Position numbers and translations under genes: made by a program. Below the pieces are notes generated by a model. The model was not told the DNA's origin and did no database searches. It saw nothing but the letters and a program-made list of their open reading frames with translations. Shown here piece after piece: positions 18,154-26,258 of a stretch of DNA of 51,807 bases (its first letter is position 1; each line of letters opens with the position of its first letter). Origin of the DNA: Candidatus Eiseniibacteriota bacterium (GTDB lineage: Bacteria > Arandabacterota > Arandabacteria > Arandabacterales > Arandabacteraceae); contig JBDRNT010000162.1 in the NCBI GenBank assembly GCA_043810925.1, positions 1 through 51,807 on the forward strand, read 5' to 3'.

Positions 18154-18172
18154 TGGCACAGGAGGTTCTTAA

Positions 18173-18898
18173 GTGGAAGTGAGGAATGACGGCAGGAAGC
18201 CGGAAGAAATGCGCCGGGTCAAGATCAGGCCGAAGTATCTTAAACATGCGGAGGGTTCTGCACTGATAGAGGCGGGTGATACCCGTGTCCTGTGTGCGGT
18301 GACAATTGAAAACAGACTCCCGTTCTTTCTCCAGGGCAAGGGCCAGGGTTGGATCACTGCGGAGTATTCGCTGCTGCCGAGGAGCACTCATACGCGGACA
18401 CCGCGGGAAGCGTCAAGAGGCAAGCTGACCGGGAGAACCCAGGAGATACAACGCCTCATCGGGAGATCCTTGCGCGCTGTGGTGGACCTTAAAAAGATCG
18501 GTGACCGGCAGTTTGTGGTCGATTGTGATGTGCTTCAGGCCGACGGCGGGACCCGCACCCTCGCAATAACCGGTGCGTATGTCGCTCTGCATGAGGCGCT
18601 GAGCGGGCTTGTCAAGAGACGGATACTGGATGCACTTCCTCCCATGGAACCAGTTGCGGCAACAAGTGTCGGGATCGTCCGGGGGACACCGCTTCTCGAT
18701 CTCTGTTACGAAGAGGACGCCAACGCCGACGTGGACTTCAATGTAGTCATGACCGGCCGCGGTCGCTTTGTCGAGGTGCAGGGTACAGCCGAGGGCACCT
18801 GTTTCTCAAAATCGGATATGGACAAGATGCTGGCTCTCGCAAAGAACGGCATTCGCGAGTTAATGGATATCCAGAAGAAGACGCTCAAAATTGACTGA
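18173..18898 (+). CDS. rph: Ribonuclease PH
   Basis: AEGSAL, GWITAEY, EIQRLIGRSLR, QADGGTR, EVQGTAEG. Confidence 0.98.
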   Translation: MEVRNDGRKPEEMRRVKIRPKYLKHAEGSALIEAGDTRVLCAVTIENRLPFFLQGKGQGWITAEYSLLPRSTHTRTPREASRGKLTGRTQEIQRLIGRSLRAVVDLKKIGDRQFVVDCDVLQADGGTRTLAITGAYVALHEALSGLVKRRILDALPPMEPVAATSVGIVRGTPLLDLCYEEDANADVDFNVVMTGRGRFVEVQGTAEGTCFSKSDMDKMLALAKNGIRELMDIQKKTLKID

Positions 18899-19490
18899 AC
18901 CACTGCGGATCGTCCTCGCTACCGGGAACCAGGGCAAGGTAAAAGAGATAAAACACATCCTGGGTTCGGTACAGGTTGAGTTTAAGACCCTGCTTGATTT
19001 CCCAGATGTGGTTCCAGCCGAAGAGACGGGGTCCACGTTCGAAGACAATGCCTTGGCCAAGGCGCTGCACGTCTGGCGCGAGACGGGTCTGGCCTCGCTC
19101 GCGGATGACTCCGGTCTTGAAGTCGACGCCCTCGGCGGGGAACCCGGCGTACGCTCGGCGAGATTTGCAGGTGAGGATGGCTCCTACGCCGCCAACAATG
19201 AGAAGCTCATCCGCGTGCTCAGCGATGTCCCTAAAGACGAGCGTACGGCGCGATTCGTCTGTGTGGCCGTACTTGTCACGCCGGCGGGAAAGATGGTTCT
19301 CCAGAGGGGCGAGATGGAGGGTCTGATCGTCGATGAGCCGAGGGGGAGCGGAGGTTTCGGGTATGACCCCATCTTCTATGTGCCGCACCTCAAGAAGACG
19401 GTTGCCGAGCTCGACGAGGCAGAGAAGAACTCGATCAGCCACAGGGCGAAGGCGTTTGGGGCCATGAAGAGTTTCATCGCGGCGCTGTAG
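18891..19490 (+). CDS. rdgB: Non-canonical purine NTP pyrophosphatase (RdgB/HAM1)
   Basis: ATGNQGK, ADDSGL, GFGYDPIF, SHR. Confidence 0.95.
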   Translation: MTEPLRIVLATGNQGKVKEIKHILGSVQVEFKTLLDFPDVVPAEETGSTFEDNALAKALHVWRETGLASLADDSGLEVDALGGEPGVRSARFAGEDGSYAANNEKLIRVLSDVPKDERTARFVCVAVLVTPAGKMVLQRGEMEGLIVDEPRGSGGFGYDPIFYVPHLKKTVAELDEAEKNSISHRAKAFGAMKSFIAAL

Positions 19491-19596
19491 CGTCGGGTCT
19501 CCGCGCCCGACGAAGTGACGCATCGGCTGTAGCGTCGGGTCTCCGTGCCCGACGAATTGACGCGCAATCTGTAGCGTCGGGTCTCCGTGCCCGACG
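19487..19596 (+). repeat. Three direct copies of a GTAG-type REP-like hairpin at a 42-nt period
   Basis: GTAGCGTCGGGTCTCCG(T/C)GCCCGACG at 19487, 19529 and 19571; stem CGTCGGG/CCCGACG. Confidence 0.9.
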
Positions 19597-19615
19597 AATT
19601 GCGCCTCCTGCCCAG

Positions 19616-19644
19616 TTGACATGCTCCTGCCCGTGGGGTAAATT
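19616..19644 (+). promoter_or_regulatory. sigma70 promoter of the tRNA Pro-Arg-His cluster
   Basis: TTGACA-17 nt-TAAATT. Confidence 0.65.
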
Positions 19645-19686
19645 GTGTTGATTCGATTTGCCGGTCGTCTTAGGCTTGAAGTTGGA

Positions 19687-19764
<78 letters not shown>

Positions 19765-19772
19765 GTATTGAT

Positions 19773-19798
19773 ACAGCGTCGGGTCTCCGTGCCCGACG
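19773..19798 (+). repeat. GTAG-type REP-like copy 4 (ACAG variant)
   Basis: ACAGCGTCGGGTCTCCGTGCCCGACG between tRNA-Pro and tRNA-Arg. Confidence 0.85.
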
Positions 19799-19821
19799 GC
19801 CTTTGACATATGAATATCCGG

Positions 19822-19898
<77 letters not shown>

Positions 19899-19937
19899 GC
19901 TGATGCCGTAACATTGGTGTACGGACCGGCAGCTTCT

Positions 19938-19963
19938 GTAGCGTCGGGTCTCCGTGCCCGACG
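19938..19963 (+). repeat. GTAG-type REP-like copy 5
   Basis: GTAGCGTCGGGTCTCCGTGCCCGACG. Confidence 0.88.
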
Positions 19964-19970
19964 GCCGGTT

Positions 19971-20046
19971 GTCATCGCGAGCGCAGCGTGGCGATCCGAC
20001 ACATGGAGGTGTCGTTGCGAGGCTCCGAAGGAGCCGTGGCAATCTC
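19971..20046 (+). repeat. Two copies of a GTCATYGCGAG...GCRATC palindromic repeat
   Basis: GTCATCGCGAGCGCAGCGTGGCGATCC (19971-19997) and GTCGTTGCGAGGCTCCGAAGGAGCCGTGGCAATCTC (20011-20046). Confidence 0.75.
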
Positions 20047-20054
20047 ACCTTGGT

Positions 20055-20130
20055 GGTGGGTGTAGCTCAATGGTAGAGCCCTGGACTGTGGATCCAGTTG
20101 TTGGGGGTTCAAATCCCCTCACCCACCCCA
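20055..20130 (+). tRNA. tRNA-His(GTG)
   Basis: G-1 plus GTGGGTG...CACCCAC-C-CCA; CTGGA-CT-GTG-GA-TCCAG. Confidence 0.97.
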
Positions 20131-20193
20131 CCTGTTCCGGCCCGGTCTCGCTTTAACCTTGAAAAATCCCCAGCCTCTGCTTAAATCGCCCTG

Positions 20194-21723
20194 ATGAGGA
20201 ATCAATTCAGGCGAATCCACTGCACATTCCATTTTCTTGGCTACCTGCTTGAGACTCTGGGCGCGGTCTTTCTCCTGCCCCTCGCAGTGGTCTTCATTTA
20301 CTGGAAGACAACGGGTGAAGGATGGACCACCATCGTTGCCTTTGCTCTCCCTTCGGTAGCATCCTTTGCTGCCGGTCACAAGTTGCGGAAGGTTTTTCGA
20401 GCGGAACCTCCCGACATCACGGATTCAATGCTCATATGCACCCTTGGGTGGCTTATCGCATCCGCCTTCGGGGCTCTGCCTTTTGTAATCAGTCTCCGAC
20501 TGGGCTACCTCAATGCCTACTTCGAAGCGATAAGCGGTTTCACCACTACCGGATTCACAGTGCTTTCAGGTCTCGACGCCATGCCCCGAAGCATTCTCTT
20601 CTGGCGGGCACTCACCCAGTGGGTCGGCGGTATCGGGATCCTATCCTTCTTTCTTGCGATCACCTTCAGGGGTACAGGCGCCCACCATGTTTTCGGTGCC
20701 GAGAGCCACAAGATAGCCTCTACGAGACCGGTTCCTGGTATCTTCAATACACTCAAGATTCTCTGGGGCATTTACGGGGCCTTCACACTGATCGGTGCGA
20801 TGGTCCTCGCGCTCGAACAGGTGCCCGTCTTCGATGCGGTGTGTCACGCATTGACGACTTTGTCCACAGGTGGGTTCTCGCCCCATGATGCCAGCATCGG
20901 CTACTATGCGTTGACCGGACACCCTCATCACAAGCTGATAGAATACACCCTTACTCTCATGATGATGGTGGGGGCGATAAACTTCCTCATACACTATCGG
21001 GTGCTGACCGGAAACCTGAGAGCATTCTGGGACAACATGGAAATCCGCTACTGGTGGCGCTTCATAGCCGTATTCACCGCAGTTGTTCTCATAGACCATC
21101 TGTACAAGTCGGGTACCCTGGGCGTTCTGCTCACAAATCCCACCAGTATCGAGGCCGGCGGGCTGGAGCAATCATTCAGGCGCACCGTATTTCAGGTGAC
21201 GGCTATCCTGACCACGACCGGTTACGTCACTCAGGACATCGCGTCTGACTTCTTTCCCGCGCTTTCAAAGCAGTTGTTCCTCGTTATGATGGTCTTCGGC
21301 GGGTGTGTGGGTTCTACAAGCGGGGGCTTTAAGATGATGCGGGTCGTGCTGCTTACCCGGCTCATGATGCGAGAGATCCGCAAACTCTGGGTACCGGGCC
21401 GCGCCGTCACCACACTCATTGTCGACGGGAAGCCCGTGCCGAATGATGAAGTCCACCGGACGGCCGCGCTCTTCTTCACATGGATGGCGCTCGTTGCGAT
21501 CGGAGGCGGGATCACTGCGCTGTTTTCAAATCAGGGCACACTTTCGTCGCTCTCCGGGATGTTTTCCGCTTTGGGAAACATCGGTCCGTGTTATATTCGA
21601 GGCGGTGACCTGATAGAGATCAGTCCCATGGTCAAGATCACCTACATATTCGGTATGCTCGCGGGGAGGTTGGAGATACTGCCGGTTCTTCTCCTGTTTT
21701 CTAGAAGGGCCTGGAGGGGATAG
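20194..21723 (+). CDS. trkH: Trk potassium uptake membrane protein
   Basis: FEAISGFTTTG, TQWVGGIG, LSTGGFS, GSTSGG.K, GNIGP, GRLEI. Confidence 0.95.
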   Translation: MRNQFRRIHCTFHFLGYLLETLGAVFLLPLAVVFIYWKTTGEGWTTIVAFALPSVASFAAGHKLRKVFRAEPPDITDSMLICTLGWLIASAFGALPFVISLRLGYLNAYFEAISGFTTTGFTVLSGLDAMPRSILFWRALTQWVGGIGILSFFLAITFRGTGAHHVFGAESHKIASTRPVPGIFNTLKILWGIYGAFTLIGAMVLALEQVPVFDAVCHALTTLSTGGFSPHDASIGYYALTGHPHHKLIEYTLTLMMMVGAINFLIHYRVLTGNLRAFWDNMEIRYWWRFIAVFTAVVLIDHLYKSGTLGVLLTNPTSIEAGGLEQSFRRTVFQVTAILTTTGYVTQDIASDFFPALSKQLFLVMMVFGGCVGSTSGGFKMMRVVLLTRLMMREIRKLWVPGRAVTTLIVDGKPVPNDEVHRTAALFFTWMALVAIGGGITALFSNQGTLSSLSGMFSALGNIGPCYIRGGDLIEISPMVKITYIFGMLAGRLEILPVLLLFSRRAWRG

Positions 21724-21724
21724 G

Positions 21725-22396
21725 ATGTATATCATTATTGCAGGCATCGGACTGGTTGGTCGGGAGCTTGCCCGCAAGTTGGTTGATAACAAGCACGATG
21801 TCGTGGCCGTGGACACAGATAAAGAGATCTGCGATAAGCTCTACTCCGATCTTGGTGTGATCACATTAAACGGAAATATCGCCGATGTGGAAACCCTGCA
21901 GGAGGCCGGGGTAACCAAGGCCGATGTTCTTGTGGCGGCAACGGGGAGTGATACCGACAACCTCGCCGGTGCGATCCTGGCCAAGAGCTTCGGGGTGTCC
22001 CAGATAATTGTGAGAATGAGAAACTCCGCCTACGAGAAGGCGTACAATCTGGCGGGGGCGACATCGATCACGCGTACAACCGACCTCATGGTCAACCAGA
22101 TGATGGTGGAGATCGAGAAACCCCGGGTGCGCAAGGTCATGACGATCGCAGGCGGCAAGGCCGACATCTACTCCGTGATAATTCCTGAAAAAGCGAGGGT
22201 CGCGGGGCTTACGGTCGAGCACATAGCAGGGAGCCACAAGTTCCCGCCGGAGTGTGTCTTCATAGCGGTATTCGACCGCCGAACAAAGGAGCTATCCATA
22301 CCCCGGGGCAAACAGGTGATCAATGCAAACGATGAGTTGTTGCTGATATCACCTGCTGAGGACATCAGGAAGGTGACGGATTTTCTGTTAGGATGA
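21725..22396 (+). CDS. trkA: TrkA-family potassium uptake regulatory subunit (single RCK_N + RCK_C)
   Basis: MYIIIAGIGLVG Rossmann motif, ADVLVAAT, C-terminal IPRG. Confidence 0.9.
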   Translation: MYIIIAGIGLVGRELARKLVDNKHDVVAVDTDKEICDKLYSDLGVITLNGNIADVETLQEAGVTKADVLVAATGSDTDNLAGAILAKSFGVSQIIVRMRNSAYEKAYNLAGATSITRTTDLMVNQMMVEIEKPRVRKVMTIAGGKADIYSVIIPEKARVAGLTVEHIAGSHKFPPECVFIAVFDRRTKELSIPRGKQVINANDELLLISPAEDIRKVTDFLLG

Positions 22397-22407
22397 TCGC
22401 CTCGCCC

Positions 22408-22436
22408 TTGACACGGTGGGGGTTTGCGGATAGTAT
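22408..22436 (+). promoter_or_regulatory. sigma70 promoter of tRNA-Lys
   Basis: TTGACA-17 nt-TAGTAT. Confidence 0.65.
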
Positions 22437-22490
22437 TTGACATCACATCTTTGACATTTGTAGATGAGGCCGCTTCGGCGGCAGTCTGTA

Positions 22491-22567
22491 GCGCCGCTAG
22501 CTCAACTAGGTAGAGCAGCAGACTCTTAATCTGAAGGTTGAAGGTTCGATTCCTTCGCGGCGCACCA
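22491..22567 (+). tRNA. tRNA-Lys(CTT)
   Basis: GCGCCGC...GCGGCGC-A-CCA; anticodon loop CT-CTT-AA. Confidence 0.95.
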
Positions 22568-22572
22568 GTAGC

Positions 22573-22598
22573 GAAGCCCCGTGTTCTCACGGGGCTTC
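22573..22598 (+). terminator. Hairpin terminator after tRNA-Lys
   Basis: GAAGCCCCGTG-TTCT-CACGGGGCTTC perfect stem followed by a pyrimidine-rich tract. Confidence 0.65.
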
Positions 22599-22610
22599 TC
22601 CTGTTCCTAT

Positions 22611-22670
22611 GTCATTGCGCGGAACGTCCGTCTGGGTCATTGCGAGAAGCGTTAGCGACGCGGCAATCTC
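22611..22670 (+). repeat. GTCATTGCGAG...GCAATC repeat (one partial, one full copy)
   Basis: GTCATTGCGC (22611) and GTCATTGCGAGAAGCGTTAGCGACGCGGCAATCTC (22636-22670). Confidence 0.75.
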
Positions 22671-22676
22671 ATCGGC

Positions 22677-24515
22677 CTACCCGTGGTGACGTCGCCGCTT
22701 CCCCAGGAGAATCACATCACGCAGATCGCCTTTCCTGCGCGCAGCCATCCACCTGTCTTCAAAGTGAGGGTCCTGGACTATCTGGGCGATCGCCGCGAGC
22801 GAGCGAAGATGGAATGGTCTCTCGTCTCTCGTACCTGTCAGCACGAAGATCGCGTGTACATCAGGTGCGGTCCCGGGGAACTTCACACCCGGGCGACACC
22901 GGGCCAGCAGAATATCGAACTTATGCTCGCCGTCCAGTATGATGTGGGGTATGGCCAGATGAGCACTCAACACAGTGGTGCTTTCCTTCTCCCTTGCAAT
23001 GAAGAGGTTATAGAGGATGTCGGGCTCCATGCCGAGCCGGTCGGACATTCTGTCGGCAGCCAGCTGGAAGAAATCTTCCATCGTCACCGCCAAGTCGATA
23101 TCAAGCACCATGCAGTCCTCAATGATGTGGTCGAATCTGTCCTTGAGGATGTCATCCCGCTCTCTGATGATGTCCTTAAGCTCGGTCTCAAGCGAACGCG
23201 TGGTAATCTCCTTGGCCGTGATTCTCTCGATCAGATAGATCAGTGCAAACTCGCGGCTTGCTTTGATGCGCCCGTAGAACCAGTGAACGAAAAGCTCGCT
23301 CACCACGAGGATCGAGGTTACCACCAGTGCAGTGGTTCCGATCTTATAAAGAAGGAACACGAAACCGCAGATTCCGACGATCTGAATCCAGGGGTACCCC
23401 GGCGAACGGAAACGCGGCTGGTAGTTCTGGAGCCGGCTCTCCCTCAGGATCACAACCGACAGGCACGAGAGTATGTAGGTCAGGATCAGAACAGTGGAGG
23501 CCGTCTTGACAAGAACATCCAGTTTCAGAAATACCGCGACCACCATAAGCACTCCCGTAGCCAGAACCGCCATGTACGGTGTATTGAATCTGCTGCTGAT
23601 TCTGCTCAGAAACTCCGGCAGAAGACTATCTCTGCTTAAGGCCAATGGGTACCTTGAGGCCGCCATGATGCCTGCATTCGCAGTCGAGACGAATGCCAGA
23701 ATCGCGGCGACACTCAATACGGCCATGCCCCAGGGACCCATGAAGACCGCCGCACCGTCGGAGATCGGGGTGAGAGACTGGTGGAGTACGTCCGGAGCCA
23801 GGACACCGGAGGTCACGAAGACGACCAGCATATAAAGAGTCGTAACAACAATCAGCGAGAGTATCATGCCGAGCGGAACCACACGTGCAGGGTCCTTGAC
23901 TTCCTCCGCTATGCTTGCAGCCTTCAAGAGACCGCCGTAAGACACAAAGACAAACCCGGCAGTGTAGAAGATCGCGGCCGTCCCGTGGGGAGCAAAGGAT
24001 TGAGAGACCCCGATTGTAACGGCCGGCAGCCCACGCACTATGTACAGGATAAGAACCGCGAGAAGCCCCACCACCAGCCAGACCTGCAGGCGGCTGGCCT
24101 GCTTGCTTCCCACGAGATTTATGGCGGTAAAGACTACGCACAAGACCACGGCGATTATCCGTATGTCGATATTGATGATGAGCACCGCGAACGCGGCGGT
24201 ACCCACAAGCGCGAACGCACTCTTAAATGATAGCGAGAACCAGGTAATCAGACCGTCGATTGTGCCCATGGTCGGTCCCAGGGCCCGTGCCGTATAGAAG
24301 TAGGTTCCGCCAGCCTTGGGCATGGCCGACACCAGCTCGGCCTGACTCAGCATACCCGTCATCGCAAGCAGTCCGGCGATGAAGTATGAGAGGACGACCG
24401 CAGGTCCCGCCCTTGCATGTGCAAGACCCGGCAATATGAAGAGCCCCGAACTTATCATCGCGCCCGACGCGATGCAGAAGACATTAAGCAGGCTTAGTTC
24501 CTTCTTAAGTCTCAT
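22677..24515 (-). CDS. APC-superfamily amino acid permease fused to a PTS EIIA(Ntr/Fru)-like domain
   Basis: GAMISSGLFILPG, AEEVKDP, many TM helices; C-terminal ARE....LAIPH...HLRSLAAIA. Confidence 0.88.
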   Translation of the reverse strand: MRLKKELSLLNVFCIASGAMISSGLFILPGLAHARAGPAVVLSYFIAGLLAMTGMLSQAELVSAMPKAGGTYFYTARALGPTMGTIDGLITWFSLSFKSAFALVGTAAFAVLIINIDIRIIAVVLCVVFTAINLVGSKQASRLQVWLVVGLLAVLILYIVRGLPAVTIGVSQSFAPHGTAAIFYTAGFVFVSYGGLLKAASIAEEVKDPARVVPLGMILSLIVVTTLYMLVVFVTSGVLAPDVLHQSLTPISDGAAVFMGPWGMAVLSVAAILAFVSTANAGIMAASRYPLALSRDSLLPEFLSRISSRFNTPYMAVLATGVLMVVAVFLKLDVLVKTASTVLILTYILSCLSVVILRESRLQNYQPRFRSPGYPWIQIVGICGFVFLLYKIGTTALVVTSILVVSELFVHWFYGRIKASREFALIYLIERITAKEITTRSLETELKDIIRERDDILKDRFDHIIEDCMVLDIDLAVTMEDFFQLAADRMSDRLGMEPDILYNLFIAREKESTTVLSAHLAIPHIILDGEHKFDILLARCRPGVKFPGTAPDVHAIFVLTGTRDERPFHLRSLAAIAQIVQDPHFEDRWMAARRKGDLRDVILLGKRRRHHG

Positions 24516-24581
24516 GGTCCCTTTTTGCCATATCTGACAGTGATTTGCAACATAATGATCGGGGGCTTCCCGGTGTGAGCG

Positions 24582-24974
24582 TCAGCTGCCGAGGTAATCG
24601 AGCGTTGCAGGACAGCCCTGGCATTCGTGACCGTAGCAATGACACTGTCGGCAGTCCGTCCCACATGGGGCCGGATGGAGATTGGGTTTGACGTCACCCC
24701 GGCTCCAGGGGCTCGATGCGTCTATCGCCTCGGTCACAAGCGCCTCGGCGTTCTCGAAACCAAGCGTGCTTCCGGCGGTCTCCGCGATGTTATCCAGCCA
24801 CCAGCGGCGCTCGGGTGGGATGGCGAACATACCCATGGCCGACGGTCCCAAGGTTGTGAAGGAAGCGCAGTACGGACACCTGCCGTAGGTGTCGGCAATC
24901 TCCGCGGCCTTAGAAGGACTGGCCGCCTGTCCCAACACTACACCGACAAGGGGAGACGTTCTGTCCATTTCCAT
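24582..24974 (-). CDS. Cys-rich hypothetical protein
   Basis: GAGGAGG RBS; CPYC and PCGTDCRQCHCY...CQGCP. Confidence 0.65.
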   Translation of the reverse strand: MEMDRTSPLVGVVLGQAASPSKAAEIADTYGRCPYCASFTTLGPSAMGMFAIPPERRWWLDNIAETAGSTLGFENAEALVTEAIDASSPWSRGDVKPNLHPAPCGTDCRQCHCYGHECQGCPATLDYLGS

Positions 24975-25181
24975 CGGAATTCCTCCTCTGCGATACGCGA
25001 TTACTATTCTATGGAGGAATGAATCTCGGAAGGCCTCAAGCCCCCTTGCCTGTAGCGGTGGTAGGCGGGTGCTTTGCGGCCTATCGGTTGTTCTCTTTGT
25101 GAACTCACCAATTGAGGCCTTCTCATGAAGGCTATCATATATTGGATGGGATGTGAACCAGAATCTTAAAGTTTGTCCTTA

Positions 25182-25210
25182 TTGACACCGCGCGAACGTC
25201 AGCTTACAAT
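25182..25210 (+). promoter_or_regulatory. sigma70 promoter of ssrA
   Basis: TTGACA-17 nt-TACAAT. Confidence 0.8.
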
Positions 25211-25243
25211 AACAGTAGAGAGCAAACCTGCCGATAGAAAGAT

Positions 25244-25593
25244 GGGGGCGAATTGGATTCGACGAGGATGGAAGAGGCAGGGATCGCGTGCCGAGGTCCC
25301 GTTGGCTCGTTAAACAAACGGGAAACAACCAAATGCCAACAGCAATTTGGCTATGGCTGCTTAAGCAGCCACGTTCTCTCTGACCTCGCCTGCGTGGTTG
25401 GATGAGGGCGTCGCAAGAGCAGGCTGGCTCTGGGTGCCCGCCCCGGCACTCCGGGTGAGATTTTTGGGGCTGGCGTTGTAGGAATCCCGCCTGCCGGAGT
25501 CCTGCAAGGCGAGATTAAAAAGGCAGAAAACGCACGTAGTGATTCCTGAGGAAGCATCCACGGACGCGGGTTCGATCCCCGCCGCCTCCACCA
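25244..25593 (+). ncRNA. ssrA: tmRNA; tag reading frame 25335-25364 encodes ANSNLAMAA*
   Basis: 5' GGGGGCG..GGATTCGAC; 3' GACGCGGGTTCGATCCCCGCCGCCTCCACCA with G3-U70 pair; 350 nt; tag ends in AA-stop. Confidence 0.97.
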
Positions 25594-25594
25594 G

Positions 25595-25727
25595 CCTTCG
25601 CAGAGCGAAGGATGTCATGCCGTAGCCTTGGCGAAGGCAGACACCTCCCCCTTCAAGAAACTCCTGAATCACATGGCTGCTTCGGCTCGGCGGGCCAGCA
25701 TCCGGTCGAAGCTTTGGCGAAGACGGG
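25595..25727 (+). repeat. REP-like hairpins between ssrA and the GIY-YIG gene
   Basis: CCTTCGC-AGA-GCGAAGG; CCGTAGCCTTGGCGAAGGCAG (25620) and TCGAAGCTTTGGCGAAGACGG (25706). Confidence 0.6.
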
Positions 25728-25771
25728 CACCTCTATAGAACCTCCGAGTACTTTCTCACGCGGAGGCTATC

Positions 25772-26017
25772 ATGACCTTTTACTATGTCTACATCCTTCA
25801 ATCAGACTCCCACCCAAACCGCCACTACGTTGGCTTCACGAAGAACCTCGTAAAGCGGTTAAGGTCGCATAACTCCGGACAGAGCCATCACACCTCGAAG
25901 TACAGACCGTGGCATGTCAGGACCGCGGTTGCCTTCACCGATCCCAAGCGAACGCGGAGGTTTGAGCGATACCTCAAGACCGCATCGGGCCGCGCTTTTG
26001 CCAGGAAACGCTTGTAG
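25772..26017 (+). CDS. Small GIY-YIG nuclease family protein
   Basis: YYVYILQS...HYVGFT..L.KRL..HN.G...T..YRPW...FERYLK..SGR; GGAGG RBS. Confidence 0.9.
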   Translation: MTFYYVYILQSDSHPNRHYVGFTKNLVKRLRSHNSGQSHHTSKYRPWHVRTAVAFTDPKRTRRFERYLKTASGRAFARKRL

Positions 26018-26172
26018 CCTGTCGGATGCCTGATACTCTATCGGTTCAGTCTCGATGATCCGCCAGCCCGTCAATCAGAATCGATTGGCGCCACACCTTC
26101 CCCGTTTGAGCATTTCTTCACCGGGGTACGCCCACAGGTGACAGTGCTACTCTCACTTCTGTCTTCGAAGAT

Positions 26173-26198
26173 GGGTTCGATTCCGTCCGTGTCCACCA
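26173..26198 (+). repeat. Degenerate copy of the tmRNA 3' end (att-like remnant)
   Basis: GGGTTCGATTCCGTCCGTGTCCACCA, 21/26 identical to ssrA 25568-25593. Confidence 0.65.
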
Positions 26199-26258
26199 TT
26201 GACCTACCCCTTGGGACGGTAGCACGTGCCTCTATAGCTGTCCAGTCACCTGGACACG

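Noticed and set aside
19485-19598. 42-nt periodic repeat considered as a mini CRISPR array
   Set aside because: Spacers are only 12-16 nt and resemble each other, further copies are dispersed between tRNAs, and there are no cas genes
25351-25872. ORFs overlapping tmRNA and its downstream hairpins
   Set aside because: Explained by ssrA and the repeats; no protein-like features
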